Below are positions 50,390 to 61,421 of a DNA stretch of 64,000 bases, in pieces. Numbering within the stretch: position 1 is the first letter of the stretch; the number at the start of each line of letters is the position of its first letter. Under the pieces are notes generated by a model, which was given only the letters and a program-made list of their open reading frames with translations, had not been told where the DNA came from and made no database searches. Source of the stretch: an uncultured Candidatus Rokubacteria bacterium (lineage in GTDB: Bacteria > Methylomirabilota > Methylomirabilia > Rokubacteriales > CSP1-6). The stretch is from assembly GCA_963721815.1 (NCBI GenBank), contig CAVRLO010000024.1, positions 422,234 to 486,233 of the forward strand, given 5' to 3'. The translations under genes and the position numbers were made by a program.

Positions 50390-50938
50390 CTAGAATTCGA
50401 GGAAGACCGTTTCGCCCGCGCCGCGCAGCCGAACGTCCCAGCGGTAGAGCTTGGGGTCTCTCGTGTCCGGCGTCGCGATCAAGGTGCGGAGCCGATCCGG
50501 ATCGCCGACAGCGCGGGTCAGGGGATCGTCCTTGATCAGCTCGAGCGGGGCCAGGAACACGCGCGTGTGCAGCGCCTTCAGGAGCCCGCGCGCGCAGATG
50601 GCGACGCTGATCTGGGGCGCATAAGTCTCGCCGTCCGGGCCCTTGAACCGGCCGGGCATGACCGTCTCGATCGCGTAGCGGCCGTCGGTGTCGGTCGAGA
50701 CGCGGCCGTAGCCGTACGGTCTCGTTCCGTCGTCGCCCACGGAAAACTTGCCGCTCGGGTCCGCCTGCCAGGTCTCGAAGAGGGCGTCGAAGATCGGCGC
50801 CCCGGCGCCGTCGAACACGCACCCGGTCAAGGTGATGCGCTCGCCGCGGCCGGGGAACAACACCGTGCCGCCGTCCTTCCACAGAAGCTCGCGGGCGAAG
50901 AAGGGCCCGACCGTCTGCGAGGGCGTGGGCTTCGGCAT
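50390..50938 (-). CDS. pcaG: protocatechuate 3,4-dioxygenase alpha subunit
   Basis: 'MPKPTPSQTVGPFF' characteristic N-terminus; 182 aa. Confidence 0.75.
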   Translation of the reverse strand: MPKPTPSQTVGPFFARELLWKDGGTVLFPGRGERITLTGCVFDGAGAPIFDALFETWQADPSGKFSVGDDGTRPYGYGRVSTDTDGRYAIETVMPGRFKGPDGETYAPQISVAICARGLLKALHTRVFLAPLELIKDDPLTRAVGDPDRLRTLIATPDTRDPKLYRWDVRLRGAGETVFLEF

Positions 50939-50940
50939 GG

Positions 50941-51627
50941 CTACACCCCCATCGGCGTCGCGCGCGGCCCGCGCAGCACCATGTCCCAGCGGTAGCCGAG
51001 CGCCACGCCCTCGATGCCGTGCTCGAGGTCGAGCTCGGCGACGAGCAGATTGCGCCCGGCCTCGGGCACGCTCTGGAAGATCGGGTCGATGGCCAGCAGG
51101 GGATCGCCAGGGAAGAACATCTGCGTGATGAGCCGCTGCGCGAACGCGTTGCCGAACAGCGAGAAGTGGATGTGCGCCGGCCGCCAGCCGAAGGCGTGGT
51201 TCTGCCACGGGTACGCGCCGGGCTTGACCGTCACCAGCCGATAGCGGCCCTCGTCGTCTGTCAGCAGCTGGCCCTTGCCGAGAAAATTGGGATCGAGCGG
51301 GGCGTCGTGATCGTCCACGGGGTGCGGGTACTTTCCGGACGCGTTGGCCTGCCACACCTCGACGAGCGAGCGCCGCACCGGCCGGCCGTCCTCGTCGAGC
51401 ACGCGGCCGACGAGCACCATCTTCTCGCCCAGCGGCGCGCTCTTGCCCCACGTCGTCAGATCGGCCTCGCTCTCCTTCACGAACTGCTTCGGGAACGCGG
51501 GCCCGGCCGCCTCGAGCGGGCTCGGCGCCACGCGCACCAGCGGCTGCTCCGGCGCGCGCAGGCGCGTGCTCTTGTAGTCGGGATAGAGGTAGGGCGGATG
51601 GACGTCCACTGGGTGTGTCTGGGCCAT
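50941..51627 (-). CDS. pcaH: protocatechuate 3,4-dioxygenase beta subunit
   Basis: 228 aa from 'MAQTHPV'; 'YPWQNHAFGWRPAHIHFS' iron-ligand region; GGGAGG RBS. Confidence 0.75.
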   Translation of the reverse strand: MAQTHPVDVHPPYLYPDYKSTRLRAPEQPLVRVAPSPLEAAGPAFPKQFVKESEADLTTWGKSAPLGEKMVLVGRVLDEDGRPVRRSLVEVWQANASGKYPHPVDDHDAPLDPNFLGKGQLLTDDEGRYRLVTVKPGAYPWQNHAFGWRPAHIHFSLFGNAFAQRLITQMFFPGDPLLAIDPIFQSVPEAGRNLLVAELDLEHGIEGVALGYRWDMVLRGPRATPMGV

Positions 51628-51649
51628 CGGGTTCTCTGCCTCCCGGGAG

Positions 51650-51671
51650 ATTCTAGCGGAAATGCTAGAAT
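51650..51671. promoter_or_regulatory. perfect 8-bp inverted repeat ATTCTAGC-N6-GCTAGAAT between divergent pcaH and the livK-like gene (candidate operator)
   Basis: palindrome seen directly in an AT-richer intergenic region. Confidence 0.35.
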
Positions 51672-51727
51672 CCCTCCGCGCTTTGGGCCGAGACGTGACT
51701 GCTGCATCCGCGAGCATCGAGAGGAGA

Positions 51728-53015
51728 GCGAAGGTCATGAGGCATACGACGTGGTCCGCGGTCGTGCTGGGAGTCGTCGCCGTGGCGCTCGGCGCCGGGG
51801 TTGTCGGCGGCCAGCAGCCGCTCAGCGGGGAGTACAAGATCGGCGTGCTCGAGCCGCTCACCGGCAATCTCGCCGTGCAGGGCAAGCTGCACGTCGAAGG
51901 CTACGAGATCATGCGCGACCTCATCAACACCCGCTTCGGCGGCGTGATGGGCAAGAAGCTAGTCTTCGCCGTCGGGGACGCCGTCGATCCCACGGCGGCC
52001 GCGTCCGAGGCCACCCGACTGGCCACGCGGGAGGGCGTGAAGATCATCACCGGCACGTTCTCCTCTACGCTCTGCGGCGCGGCCAGCGAGGCGGCGGCCC
52101 GACAGAACGTCATCTACTGGGAGACGTCGTGCGTCGATCCGCGCCTGACGCGGCGCAATCTGAAGAACGTGTTCCGCACCGAGATCGACGGCACCGGGTT
52201 CGGCTGGTACAACGTCGAGTTCATCGCCAAGCATCTGGCGCACCGTCTCGGCAAGAAGACGAGCGAGCTCAAGATCGCCTATCTCTCGGAAGACTCGTCC
52301 TACGGCCAGAGCGTGACCGAGTCCGCCCGCCAGCGCGCCAAGCAGGAGTTCGGCATGCAGGAGGTCGGGCCCGAGTACTACACGTTCACCACCAACGACC
52401 TGACGCCGGTCATCCTGAAGCTCAAGGCCGCGAATCCGGACATCCTGCACCACATCGCGCGCGACCAGGACGCCATCCTGTTCTGGCGCCAGGCGCGGGA
52501 GCAGGACTTCCAGGTCAAGGCGGTCGTGCACGCCGGCGCGACCGGCTACGGCAACCCGGGCTTCGGCAAGGCATTCGGCAACGACGCCAACGGGCCCTTC
52601 GCGCTGCTCGAGCCCGGGCCCGGGTCTGGTCATGGAGAAGTTCCGGCCGGAGGGCCAGGCGGTCGAGCGCGCGTTCCGCGAGGCGGTGAAGGCCAAGACG
52701 GGCTCCGACGTGCTGGCGGGCGGGCATCAGCTCGCGGGCGGCGGCCTCTGGGTGCTGAAGCTGGCGCTCGACGCCGCGAAGACGGACGACCTCGACAAGT
52801 TCCGGACGGCGGTCCTGTCGCTCGACCTGCCGGTCGGCTCCGCCGTCAACGGCTGGGGCGTGAAGTTCGACGAGACGGGCCAGAACTCGAACGCGCGCGT
52901 GCAGCACTACATGCTGCAGTGGCAGAACGGCGCGCTCGTCACGGTGTGGCCGGAAGAGTTCACGACCAATCGCGCCAAGTGGATTCCGCTCGGCCCCTGG
53001 GACCAGCGGAAGTAG
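51728..53015 (+). CDS. branched-chain amino-acid ABC transporter substrate-binding protein (LivK-like); apparent frameshift near 52600
   Basis: signal peptide; ORF 51662..53128 frame up to ~52620, then ORF 52632..53015 frame. Confidence 0.55.
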
Positions 53016-53132
53016 CTATGGAGATGGGGGGCCCCGGCATGGCCCCCCATACCGCCCAGCGCTCGCGCCGCCCCTGGCGCAGCAGCCGTGGCGCGCCTCG
53101 ATCCGACCTCGCGGTAGCTCGGCGCTGAAGCG

Positions 53133-54019
53133 ATGACGCGCTACGATCCCGCAGCTGATCGTCTCGACGCTCTTGCTCGGGCGGCGTCTACGCGCTCATC
53201 GCCGTGGGGCTCACGCTCATCTTCGGCGTCATGCGCGTCGTGAACTTCGCGCACGGCGAGTTCCTGATGCTCGGGATGTACCTCGCGTTCTGGGCGTTCG
53301 CGCTGCTCCACTTCGACCCGTACCTGACGCTTCTCGTGTCGCTGCCGATCTCGTTCGTCGTGGGCTGGGCCAGCTATCGCGGCGTGATGCGCCCGATCAT
53401 CGGCGCCTCGCACAACGTGCAGGTCTTCACGACGGTCGGGCTGTCGATCGCGCTGCAGAACCTCGCGCTCGTCCTGTTCACGGCCGACGCCCGTTTCGTC
53501 CGGACGGACTACTACGCGGTCGTCGTGCGGATCGGCGGCGCCGCGTTCAACGTGGCGCAGATCGTCGCGTTCGCCATCGCCGTCGTCCTGACCGCCGGGC
53601 TCTTCGCCTTCATGCGCTGGTCGTACGCCGGCAAGGTGATGCGCGCGACCGCGCAGGACCGCGACGCCTCCGCGCTCATGGGGATCGACACCGACCGCGT
53701 CTATGCGCTCACCTGGGCGGTGGGCATCGCCTGCGTCGGCGCCGCCGGCGTGCTGCTGGCGCCGATCTATCCGGTCTACCCGACCGCCGGCCTGCAGTTC
53801 GTCCTGATCGCCTACGTCGCGGTCGTGCTGGGCGGCCTCGGCGACATGGCCGGCGCGCTGATCGCCGCGCTCGTAGTCGCGGCGGTCGAGGTGATGGGCT
53901 CGTACACGATCGGCACGGCGTGGAAGGAAGTGCTCTACCTGTTGCTGTTCATCGGCGTGCTCGTGGTGCGCCCCGCCGGACTCTTCGGCCAGCGCGGCGC
54001 CGAGGCGCTCGGCACGTGA
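53133..54019 (+). CDS. livH: branched-chain amino-acid ABC transporter permease LivH; N-terminus needs two frame changes within 50 bp (53135-53182)
   Basis: 'IPQLIVSTLLLG' (frame 1) then 'GVYALIAVGLTLIFGVMRVVNFAHGEF' (frame 2); intact from GTG 53204. Confidence 0.55.
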
Positions 54020-54990
54020 AGGCGATCGCGCCCGCCGTCGTCTTCTTCGCGGTCGCCGGCCTGGCGCCCCTCGTGGTGCGCGACGCGTTCCTGCTCGACA
54101 GCCTCGTCCTGATCCTGCTCTGGGGCAGCGCCGCGGCGGCCTGGAACGTGGCGGGCGGCTACGCCGGCCAGATCTCGCTCGGCCACTCCGCGTTCTTCGG
54201 GCTCGGCGCCTACGCCGCCGCGCTCTTGGTCACGCGCTGGGACGTCTCGCCGTGGATCGGCCTCGCGGTCGGCGCCGTCGTGGCGAGCGCGATCGGGCTG
54301 GTCGTCGGCTATCTGTCCAATCGCCTGCGCGGCCCGTACTTCGTGCTGGCGACGATCGCGTTCTCCCAGGTGCTGCTGATCGTCGGCAGCCGCTGGCGCG
54401 GCTTCACCGCCGGCTCCGAAGGCATTCCCGTTCCGTTCCGCCCCGGGTTCTGGACCCTCGGCATCGCGGACAAGCGGATTTGGGTCTGGATCGCCCTGGC
54501 CCTCGCGCTGATCGCCTATCTCTTCCAGCTCTACCTCGATCGGTCGCGCCGCGGCTATCAGCTGGTGGCGGTGCGCGAGGACGAGGATGCCGCGCTGTCG
54601 CTCGGCGTGCCCGCGCGGTGGCTGAAGGTGGCCGCGATCTGCGTCAGCGCCGCGCTCACGGCCGCGTGCGGCGCCTTGTGGGCCCAGTACATCGGCTTCG
54701 TCGATCCGTTCTACGTGTTCTCGGTGGACCTCTCGGTCAAGTTCGCTCTGGCGGCGATCATCGGCGGCCTCGGCACGGCACTGGGGCCGTTCCTCGGCGC
54801 CGCCCTCGTGACGACGGTCGAGACCTACCTGCGCGCCCAGTTCGGCGGCATCGGCGCCGGCCTCGTCGGCATCTACCTGATCGTGTACGGCTGCGCGCTC
54901 ATCGTGATGGTGCGATGGGTGCCGCACGGCCTCGTCGGGTGGATCGGCGAGCGGTGGCGCGGGCGCGCCGCCGCGGAGACGGCCTCGTGA
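54015..54990 (+). CDS. livM: branched-chain amino-acid ABC transporter permease LivM
   Basis: GTG start overlapping the livH stop (GTGA); C-terminal part of ORF 53173..54990. Confidence 0.7.
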
Positions 54991-55710
54991 GCCTCCTGTC
55001 GGTCGCCGGCGTCTCCAAGCGCTTCGGCGGCATCGTCGCCAATCGCGGGATCTCGTTCGACGTTGAGCCGGGCGAGCTGGTGGGCATCATCGGGCCGAAC
55101 GGCGCCGGCAAGTCGACCTTGTTCGAGATCATCACGGGCTTCTACCATCCGGACGAGGGCGAGGTGCGGCTGGACGGGGCCCGACTCACCGGCCTGTCGC
55201 CCGACGTCGTGTGCCGGCGCGGAGTGGCCCGCACCTTCCAGAAGCTGCGACCGTTTCAGGGGCTCAGCGTCCTCGACAACGTCATGGTCGGTGCCTTGAC
55301 CCGCACGAGGGACGTGCGGCACGCGCGCGACCGGGCGCGCGAGCTGGTCGACAAGGTGGGGCTCTCCGAGAAGGCCGAGGCTCACGCTCGCACGCTCTCG
55401 ACCGGACAGCGCAAGCGCCTGGAGCTCGCGCGCGCGCTCGCCACCGAGCCGCGCCTCCTGCTGCTGGACGAGGTCACCGGCGGCGTGGACCAGCGGACGA
55501 TCCCGGAGCTGGTGCGCCTGGTCCGAGCGCTGCACGCGCGGCGGCCTCACCCTGCTGGTGATCGAGCACAACATGCGCGTGATCACCGCGGTGGCGCAGC
55601 GGATCGTCGCGCTTCAGCTCGGCGAGGTCATCGCCGACGGCCCGCCCGACGCGGTGGCGCGCGATCGGCGGGTGGTGGAGGCGTATCTGGGGCAGGCGTA
55701 TGCCGGGTGA
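54987..55710 (+). CDS. livG: ABC transporter ATP-binding protein LivG; apparent frameshift near 55545
   Basis: Walker A 'GPNGAGKST'; 'LSTGQRKRLELARAL' signature; C-terminus '...LTLLVIEHNMRVITAVAQRIVALQLGEVIADG...YLGQAYAG*' in another frame. Confidence 0.6.
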
Positions 55711-56440
55711 GCCGGCGCCGTCCATGCTGAAGGTCGAGGGGCTCGACGTCGCCTACGGCGATTTCCAGGTGCTGTGGGGCGCCGAGATGCGGGTGGGCCA
55801 GGGCGAGATCGTGTGCGTGCTGGGCCCCAACGGCGCCGGCAAGTCGACCATGATGAACACGATCTCGGGCCTGGTGCGCCCCCGCGCCGGCAGCATCACC
55901 TTTCTCGACCGTCGCGTCGACGGGCTGCCCGCGCATCAGGCGGCCGGCCACGGCCTGGCGCACGTGCTCGAGCGGAGGCGGCTCTTTCCGTTCCTGACCG
56001 TGCTCGACAACGTGCTGCTGGGCGCCCACAATCCGCGCGCCCGTCCCCATCGCGCCGAGACGCTCGCGCGGGTGGAAGCCTTGTTTCCCGTGGTGCGGGC
56101 GCGGCGCGCGCAGCTCGCGCACACCTTGTCGGGCGGCGAGCAGCAGATGGTGGCGATCGCCCGCGGCCTCATGGCGCGTCCGCGCTTGCTCATGATCGAC
56201 GAGCCGTTCCTGGGGCTGGCGCCGCAGATCGCGCAGGAGATCGGGCGCCTCATCCGCCGGGTCCGGGAGGAAGAGGGCATCAGCGTCGTGTTCATCGAGC
56301 AGAACGTCGAGGTGGCGCTGCGCCTGGCCGATCGAGGCTACGTCCTCGAGTCTGGCCGGACCATCCTCGAGGGCCCTTCGGCGGAGCTCCTGCGATCCTC
56401 GGAGGTCAAGCGCATCTTCCTGGGCGACGTGGCGCTCTGA
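55700..56440 (+). CDS. livF: ABC transporter ATP-binding protein LivF
   Basis: 'GPNGAGKST', 'LSGGEQQMVAIARGL'; ATG overlaps the livG stop. Confidence 0.8.
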   Translation: MPGEPAPSMLKVEGLDVAYGDFQVLWGAEMRVGQGEIVCVLGPNGAGKSTMMNTISGLVRPRAGSITFLDRRVDGLPAHQAAGHGLAHVLERRRLFPFLTVLDNVLLGAHNPRARPHRAETLARVEALFPVVRARRAQLAHTLSGGEQQMVAIARGLMARPRLLMIDEPFLGLAPQIAQEIGRLIRRVREEEGISVVFIEQNVEVALRLADRGYVLESGRTILEGPSAELLRSSEVKRIFLGDVAL

Positions 56441-56588
56441 TTTTCGCGGTCGCGCCGGGCCGGGCGAAGCGTCCGACCGCGTCGATGGTGTTCCGGAAAT
56501 CGGCTTGGCACCCGGTACAAGGTGGACTAAAGTGGCGCTGAAAAGCAGCGATGAGTGGCTCATCCGGTAGCCCCTGGGAGGAGAGGAC

Positions 56589-58058
56589 ATGAGCGCGAAT
56601 GGGCATCTGTCGGCGGCGCAGATCCGGTCTAGCCTGGACCACCCGGTGATCGACGGTGACGGCCACTGGGTCGAGTTTGACCCCGTCTTCGCCGAGCGCA
56701 TGCGAAAGGTGGGCGGCGACCTTGCCGCTGAGGGGTTCCTCGCCGCGTTGAAGACCACGCAGGACGCGCTGAGCATGTCGCTCGCCGAGCGCCGGCGCCG
56801 GCGCGTCGCCCAGCCAGGCTTCTGGACCCGTCAGGCGGGCAATACCCTCGATCGCGCGACCGCGATGATGCCGCGCCTGCTCTACGAGCGCCTCGACGAG
56901 TTTGGCTGTGACTTCGCGATCATCTACCCGACTGCGGGCCTGCGCGTGCCGCGCATCGGTGACGACGCTACCCGGCGCGCCGTCGTGCGCGCCCACAACA
57001 TCGTCACTGCGGACTACTTCCGCAAGCTGAGCGACCGGATGACGCCGGCCGCGATCATTCCGATGCACACACCGGAAGAGGCCATCGAAGAGCTCGAGTT
57101 CGTGACGAGAGAGCTCGGCTCGAAGGTCGGCATGTTCGGGAGCGGCATGTCGCGCAAGGTGTCATCGACGCCGCAGAACGACCCGGACGGCAACCGTCTC
57201 GCGGTCTGGTACGACGTGCTGGCGATCGACAGCGACTACAACTACGACCCGGTGTGGGCGAAATGCCGGGAGCTCGGCATCGCGCCGACCTTCCACAGCG
57301 CGGGCAGCAACCAGGGTCTCCGGAACTCGCCGTCGAACTTCGTCTACAACCACATCGGTCACTTCGCCGCCGCCGGCCACGCGGTCTCCAAGGCGATCTT
57401 CCTGGGCGGCGTCACGCGGCGCTTCCCGGAGCTTCGCTTCGCCTTCCTCGAGGGCGGCGTGGGCTGGGCCTGCCAGCTGTTCGGCGATCTGATGGAGCAC
57501 TGGGAGCGGCGCAATCGCAAGGCGCTGGAGAACATGGACCCGCGCAAGCTGGATCGCGCCCTGCTGATGAGCCTGGCCGAAAAGTATGGCGATCCCGACG
57601 TGGCCGAGTCGTTGAGGAAGACGGACGGCTGGCCGGACCACGACCCGAGCCTGACGGGCGGCATCGAGGATCTCGACGACTTCTCCGCCTGCAAGATCTC
57701 CAGGAAGCAGGACTGGATCGATCTCTACGCCAAGCCGTTCTTCTTCGGCTGCGAGGCCGACGACCGGGCTACCGCGTGGGCGTTCAGCAAGCACAATCCG
57801 TTCGGCACCAAGCTCAACGCACTCTACAGCTCGGACATCGGCCACTTCGACGTGATCGACATGCGCCACCCGCTGCCGGAGGCGTACGAGCTGGTTGAGG
57901 ACGGGTCCATCACGCCGGACCACTTCCGCGACTTCGTCTTCGCGAACACCGTGCATCTCTGGGGCACGCAGAATCCGAAGTTCTTCGAGGGCACGAGGGT
58001 GGCCACGGCGGCCGCGGCAGAGCTGGCCCGCGGGCAGCAGGTCGTGACAGTGAACTAG
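56589..58058 (+). CDS. amidohydrolase-family metal-dependent hydrolase (TIM-barrel)
   Basis: 489 aa; GGGAGGAGAGG RBS. Confidence 0.6.
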   Translation: MSANGHLSAAQIRSSLDHPVIDGDGHWVEFDPVFAERMRKVGGDLAAEGFLAALKTTQDALSMSLAERRRRRVAQPGFWTRQAGNTLDRATAMMPRLLYERLDEFGCDFAIIYPTAGLRVPRIGDDATRRAVVRAHNIVTADYFRKLSDRMTPAAIIPMHTPEEAIEELEFVTRELGSKVGMFGSGMSRKVSSTPQNDPDGNRLAVWYDVLAIDSDYNYDPVWAKCRELGIAPTFHSAGSNQGLRNSPSNFVYNHIGHFAAAGHAVSKAIFLGGVTRRFPELRFAFLEGGVGWACQLFGDLMEHWERRNRKALENMDPRKLDRALLMSLAEKYGDPDVAESLRKTDGWPDHDPSLTGGIEDLDDFSACKISRKQDWIDLYAKPFFFGCEADDRATAWAFSKHNPFGTKLNALYSSDIGHFDVIDMRHPLPEAYELVEDGSITPDHFRDFVFANTVHLWGTQNPKFFEGTRVATAAAAELARGQQVVTVN

Positions 58059-58074
58059 CAGTCTGCGTTCGGGT

Positions 58075-58108
58075 GGGCGCCCTGAGACGTCCCTGCTTCA
58101 GGGCGCCC
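58075..58108 (+). terminator. 11-bp perfect stem hairpin GGGCGCCCTGA-N12-TCAGGGCGCCC
   Basis: 17 nt after the stop at 58058; no U-tract. Confidence 0.4.
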
Positions 58109-58316
58109 GCCGTCAGTCCGATGTCTCGGGTTTTCCCCACCAGGAGTCCAGCGACGAGCCGTAGAGTCTAGTTCGGTATCCCCGAGAATCGCTACGCCTG
58201 GGCGCCGGCCTTGACACTGCGCTTGGCGCAGGGCTAGATGTGGCCCTCGGAGCGCGCCGGCCTACGGCGCTTCACCGGAGGTGGCCCCCACACGACCCGA
58301 CTCGAGGAGATCAACC

Positions 58317-59852
58317 GTGAGCAGAAAGGTACTCGTCTCCTTCCTGTTCTTCGTCGTTGGACTTTCGGGTGGAACGGTCAGCGGTCAGAGTCAGCCGGAT
58401 GGCCAGCTCACGATCGCGTTCGACGCATCGATCGCGACGTCGTTTCTCGATCCGGCCGAGACACCGGGTATCGGCACTCCCTTCGTGTTCCTGTACGCGA
58501 TGCACGATGCGTTGATCAAGCCGCTGCCCGGCAACAGCATGGCGCCTTGCCTCGCGGAATCGTGGACGGAAAGCGCCGATGGGCTCGTGTACGAGTTCAA
58601 GCTGCGCGAGGGACTCAAGTTCCACAACGGCGATCCGTTCACGGCCGAAGATGTGAAGTTCAGCTTCCAGCGTTACAAGGGTACGGCCGCGAAGCTGCTG
58701 CACGATCGTGTGAAGTCGGTGGACATCGTCGATCCGCATCGCATCCGCTTCGTTCTGAGCGTGCCGTGGCCCGACTTCCTCGTGTTCTACGCGACGCCCG
58801 CGACCGGCGCCGCCTGGGTCGTGCCGAAGAGGTACATCGAGAAGGTGGGCGAGGATGGTTTCAAGCGTCACCCCATCGGGCTCGGGCCCTATCGATTCGT
58901 GCGGATGACGCCCGGCGTCGAGCTCGTGCTCGAGGCGAACGAGCAGTACTGGCGCAAGAAGACAACGATCAAGAGCATCACGATCAAGGGCATTCCCGAT
59001 CGCACGACGCGCCTGGCGATGCTGAAGACCGGCGAGGCGGATCTCGCCTACCTGATGATCGGCGTCGAGGCGGCGACGGTGAAAGCGGACCCAAAGCTCC
59101 GACTGGCCAAGGTGATCGCCGCGGCCACCTGGTGGCTCGAATTCCCCGAACAGTGGAATCCCAAGTCTCCGTGGCACGATCGCCGCGTACGGCTGGCGGC
59201 GACGTTGGCCGTGAACGCGCAAGCGATCAACGAAGCCGAGCGCATGGGCTTCTCGCGCCTGACGGGATCGATCATCCCGAGCGTGCTCGACTACGCGCTG
59301 CGCATCGAGCCGTATCCCCACGATCCGGCCCAGGCCAAGCGGCTCCTCTCCGAGGCGGGCTATCCCAACGGATTCGATGCCGGCGAGTTCCGTACGACGA
59401 GCGAGTTCAGCTCGTTCGGTGAAGCCGTGGCCAACTCGCTCGCCACGGTCGGCATCCGCACGCGCGTCCGCCCGCTGGAGCGCGCGACGTTCTTCGAGGT
59501 CTGGAAAGCGAAGAAACCGACGGGCGTGATCCTGGCCGCGACGGCCGCCCTTGGTAACGCGGCGACCCGCCTGGAAGCGTTCGTCATCAGCGGGGCGACC
59601 TACGCGTACGGCGGCTATCCCGACATCGACGACCTGTTTCTGCAACAGGCGCGCGAGCGCGACCGCAAGCGGCGCGAGGCCCTGCTGTATCAGATCCAGA
59701 AGCTGATGCACGAGCGTGTCATGCACGCGCCGATCTTCGAGCCGGCCACGCTGCACGGCGTCGGCCCGCGGCTCGAAGAGCCGGCGGTAGGCTTGAACTC
59801 GCTCCTCTACTTCGCCGCGCCGTACGAGGAGATGCGGCTGAGAAAGCAGTGA
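58317..59852 (+). CDS. ABC transporter substrate-binding protein, family 5
   Basis: GTG start with signal peptide '[15 protein letters not shown]'; ORF 58281..59852. Confidence 0.75.
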   Translation: MSRKVLVSFLFFVVGLSGGTVSGQSQPDGQLTIAFDASIATSFLDPAETPGIGTPFVFLYAMHDALIKPLPGNSMAPCLAESWTESADGLVYEFKLREGLKFHNGDPFTAEDVKFSFQRYKGTAAKLLHDRVKSVDIVDPHRIRFVLSVPWPDFLVFYATPATGAAWVVPKRYIEKVGEDGFKRHPIGLGPYRFVRMTPGVELVLEANEQYWRKKTTIKSITIKGIPDRTTRLAMLKTGEADLAYLMIGVEAATVKADPKLRLAKVIAAATWWLEFPEQWNPKSPWHDRRVRLAATLAVNAQAINEAERMGFSRLTGSIIPSVLDYALRIEPYPHDPAQAKRLLSEAGYPNGFDAGEFRTTSEFSSFGEAVANSLATVGIRTRVRPLERATFFEVWKAKKPTGVILAATAALGNAATRLEAFVISGATYAYGGYPDIDDLFLQQARERDRKRREALLYQIQKLMHERVMHAPIFEPATLHGVGPRLEEPAVGLNSLLYFAAPYEEMRLRKQ

Positions 59853-59880
59853 CCCGCTACAGAGTGGAAGGAGCAATCAA

Positions 59881-61406
59881 ATGGCGAGCGCGAAGCTTCC
59901 GACCCCTGACGAGCTCAAGGCCGTCGGCCGGCAGATGGGGATGAGCCTCTCCGACGCCGACATCGCGTTCTTTCTGGAGACCATGGGCGGAACCGTGGCG
60001 GCCTATCACGCGATCGAGGCGATGGCCGATCCGATGCCGCCGGTGAAGTATCCGCGCACGCCCGGCTATCGCCCGGAGGGCGCGGAGAACAAGTACAACG
60101 CCTGGTACTACAAGAGCGAGGTGCAGGGCGCGCCCTCGGGTAAGCTGCGCGGCAAGCGGATCGCGCTGAAGGACAACGTCTGCCTGGCCGGCGTGCCCAT
60201 GATGAACGGCGCCTCGACCCTGGAGGGCTACGTCCCCGACGTCGACGCGACCATCGTGACGCGCATGCTCGACGCCGGCGGCACGATCATGGGCAAGGTG
60301 CACTGCGAGTATTTCTGCTTCTCCGGCGGCAGCCACACGAGCGCGGCGGGCCCAGTGCAGAATCCGCGGAAGCCGGGCTACTCGGCGGGCGGCTCGTCGT
60401 CGGGCAGCGCGGCCGTCGTGGCGGCGGGCGAGGTCGACATGGCGATCGGCGGCGACCAGGGCGGCTCGATCCGCATCCCCGCCGCGTACTGCGGCGTGTA
60501 CGGCCTCAAGCCCACGCACGGCCTCGTGCCGTACACCGGGCATCTTTCCCATCGAGACGACGCTCGATCACACCGGCCCGATGACGGCCACGGTGGCCGA
60601 CAACGCGCTGCTGCTCGAGGTGCTCGCAGGGCCCAGACGGGCTCGATCCGCGGCAGATCGACGTGAAGACCGCCGCCTACACGAACGCGCTGACGGCTGA
60701 CGCGCGGGGCATGAAGATCGCGGTCGTGAAGGAAGGCTTCGGCCACGCGACCTCGGAGGCGGACGTGGACGCGCTGGTTCGCAAAGGCGCGGCGACGCTT
60801 AGGCAGCTCGGCGCTCAGGTGGACGAGGTGTCGATCCCGCTACACCTGGCCGGCCCCGCCATCTGGACGCCGATCGCCGTCGAGGGCGCGACCTGGCAGA
60901 TGCTGAACGGCAACGGCTTCGGCTTCAACTGGAAGGGCCTCTACGTGACGAGCCTCATCGACGCGCATGCGGCGTGGCGTCAGCGCGCCGACGAGTTCTC
61001 CGACACGTTGAAGACGACGATCCTGTTCGGTCAGTACGCGCTCAACAAGTACCGCGGCCACTACTACGCGAAATCGCAGAACCTCGCGCGCTCGCTGCGC
61101 GCGGCGTACGACGCGGTGCTGAAGGACTACGACTTGCTGCTTATGCCGACACTACCTTTGAAGGCGACACCGCTGCCGGCGCCGGGGGCGCCGCGTATGG
61201 AGATCATCCAGCGGGCGTTCGAGATGTTGCACAACACCGCGCCGTTCGATGTCACCGGCCACCCGGCGATGAGCGTGCCGTGTGGGCTCAGCGACGGGCT
61301 GCCGGCGGGGATGATGCTGATCGCGAAACACTTCGACGAGGTGTCGATCTACCGGGCGGCGTCGGCGTTCGAGAAGGCAGGGGACTGGAAGGGGATCCGG
61401 CCGTAG
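59881..61406 (+). CDS. amidase (amidase-signature family); two apparent frameshifts near 60545 and 60640
   Basis: '[30 protein letters not shown]' then '[14 protein letters not shown]' then '[13 protein letters not shown]...' in three successive frames. Confidence 0.55.
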
Positions 61407-61421
61407 GCCGGGTCAGGCCTA

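Noticed and set aside
56441-56588. Possible riboswitch (e.g. glycine) upstream of the amidohydrolase and Grd-like genes
   Set aside because: No match to glycine, SAM or TPP riboswitch consensus elements. The leader simply contains a strong GGGAGGAGAGG RBS.
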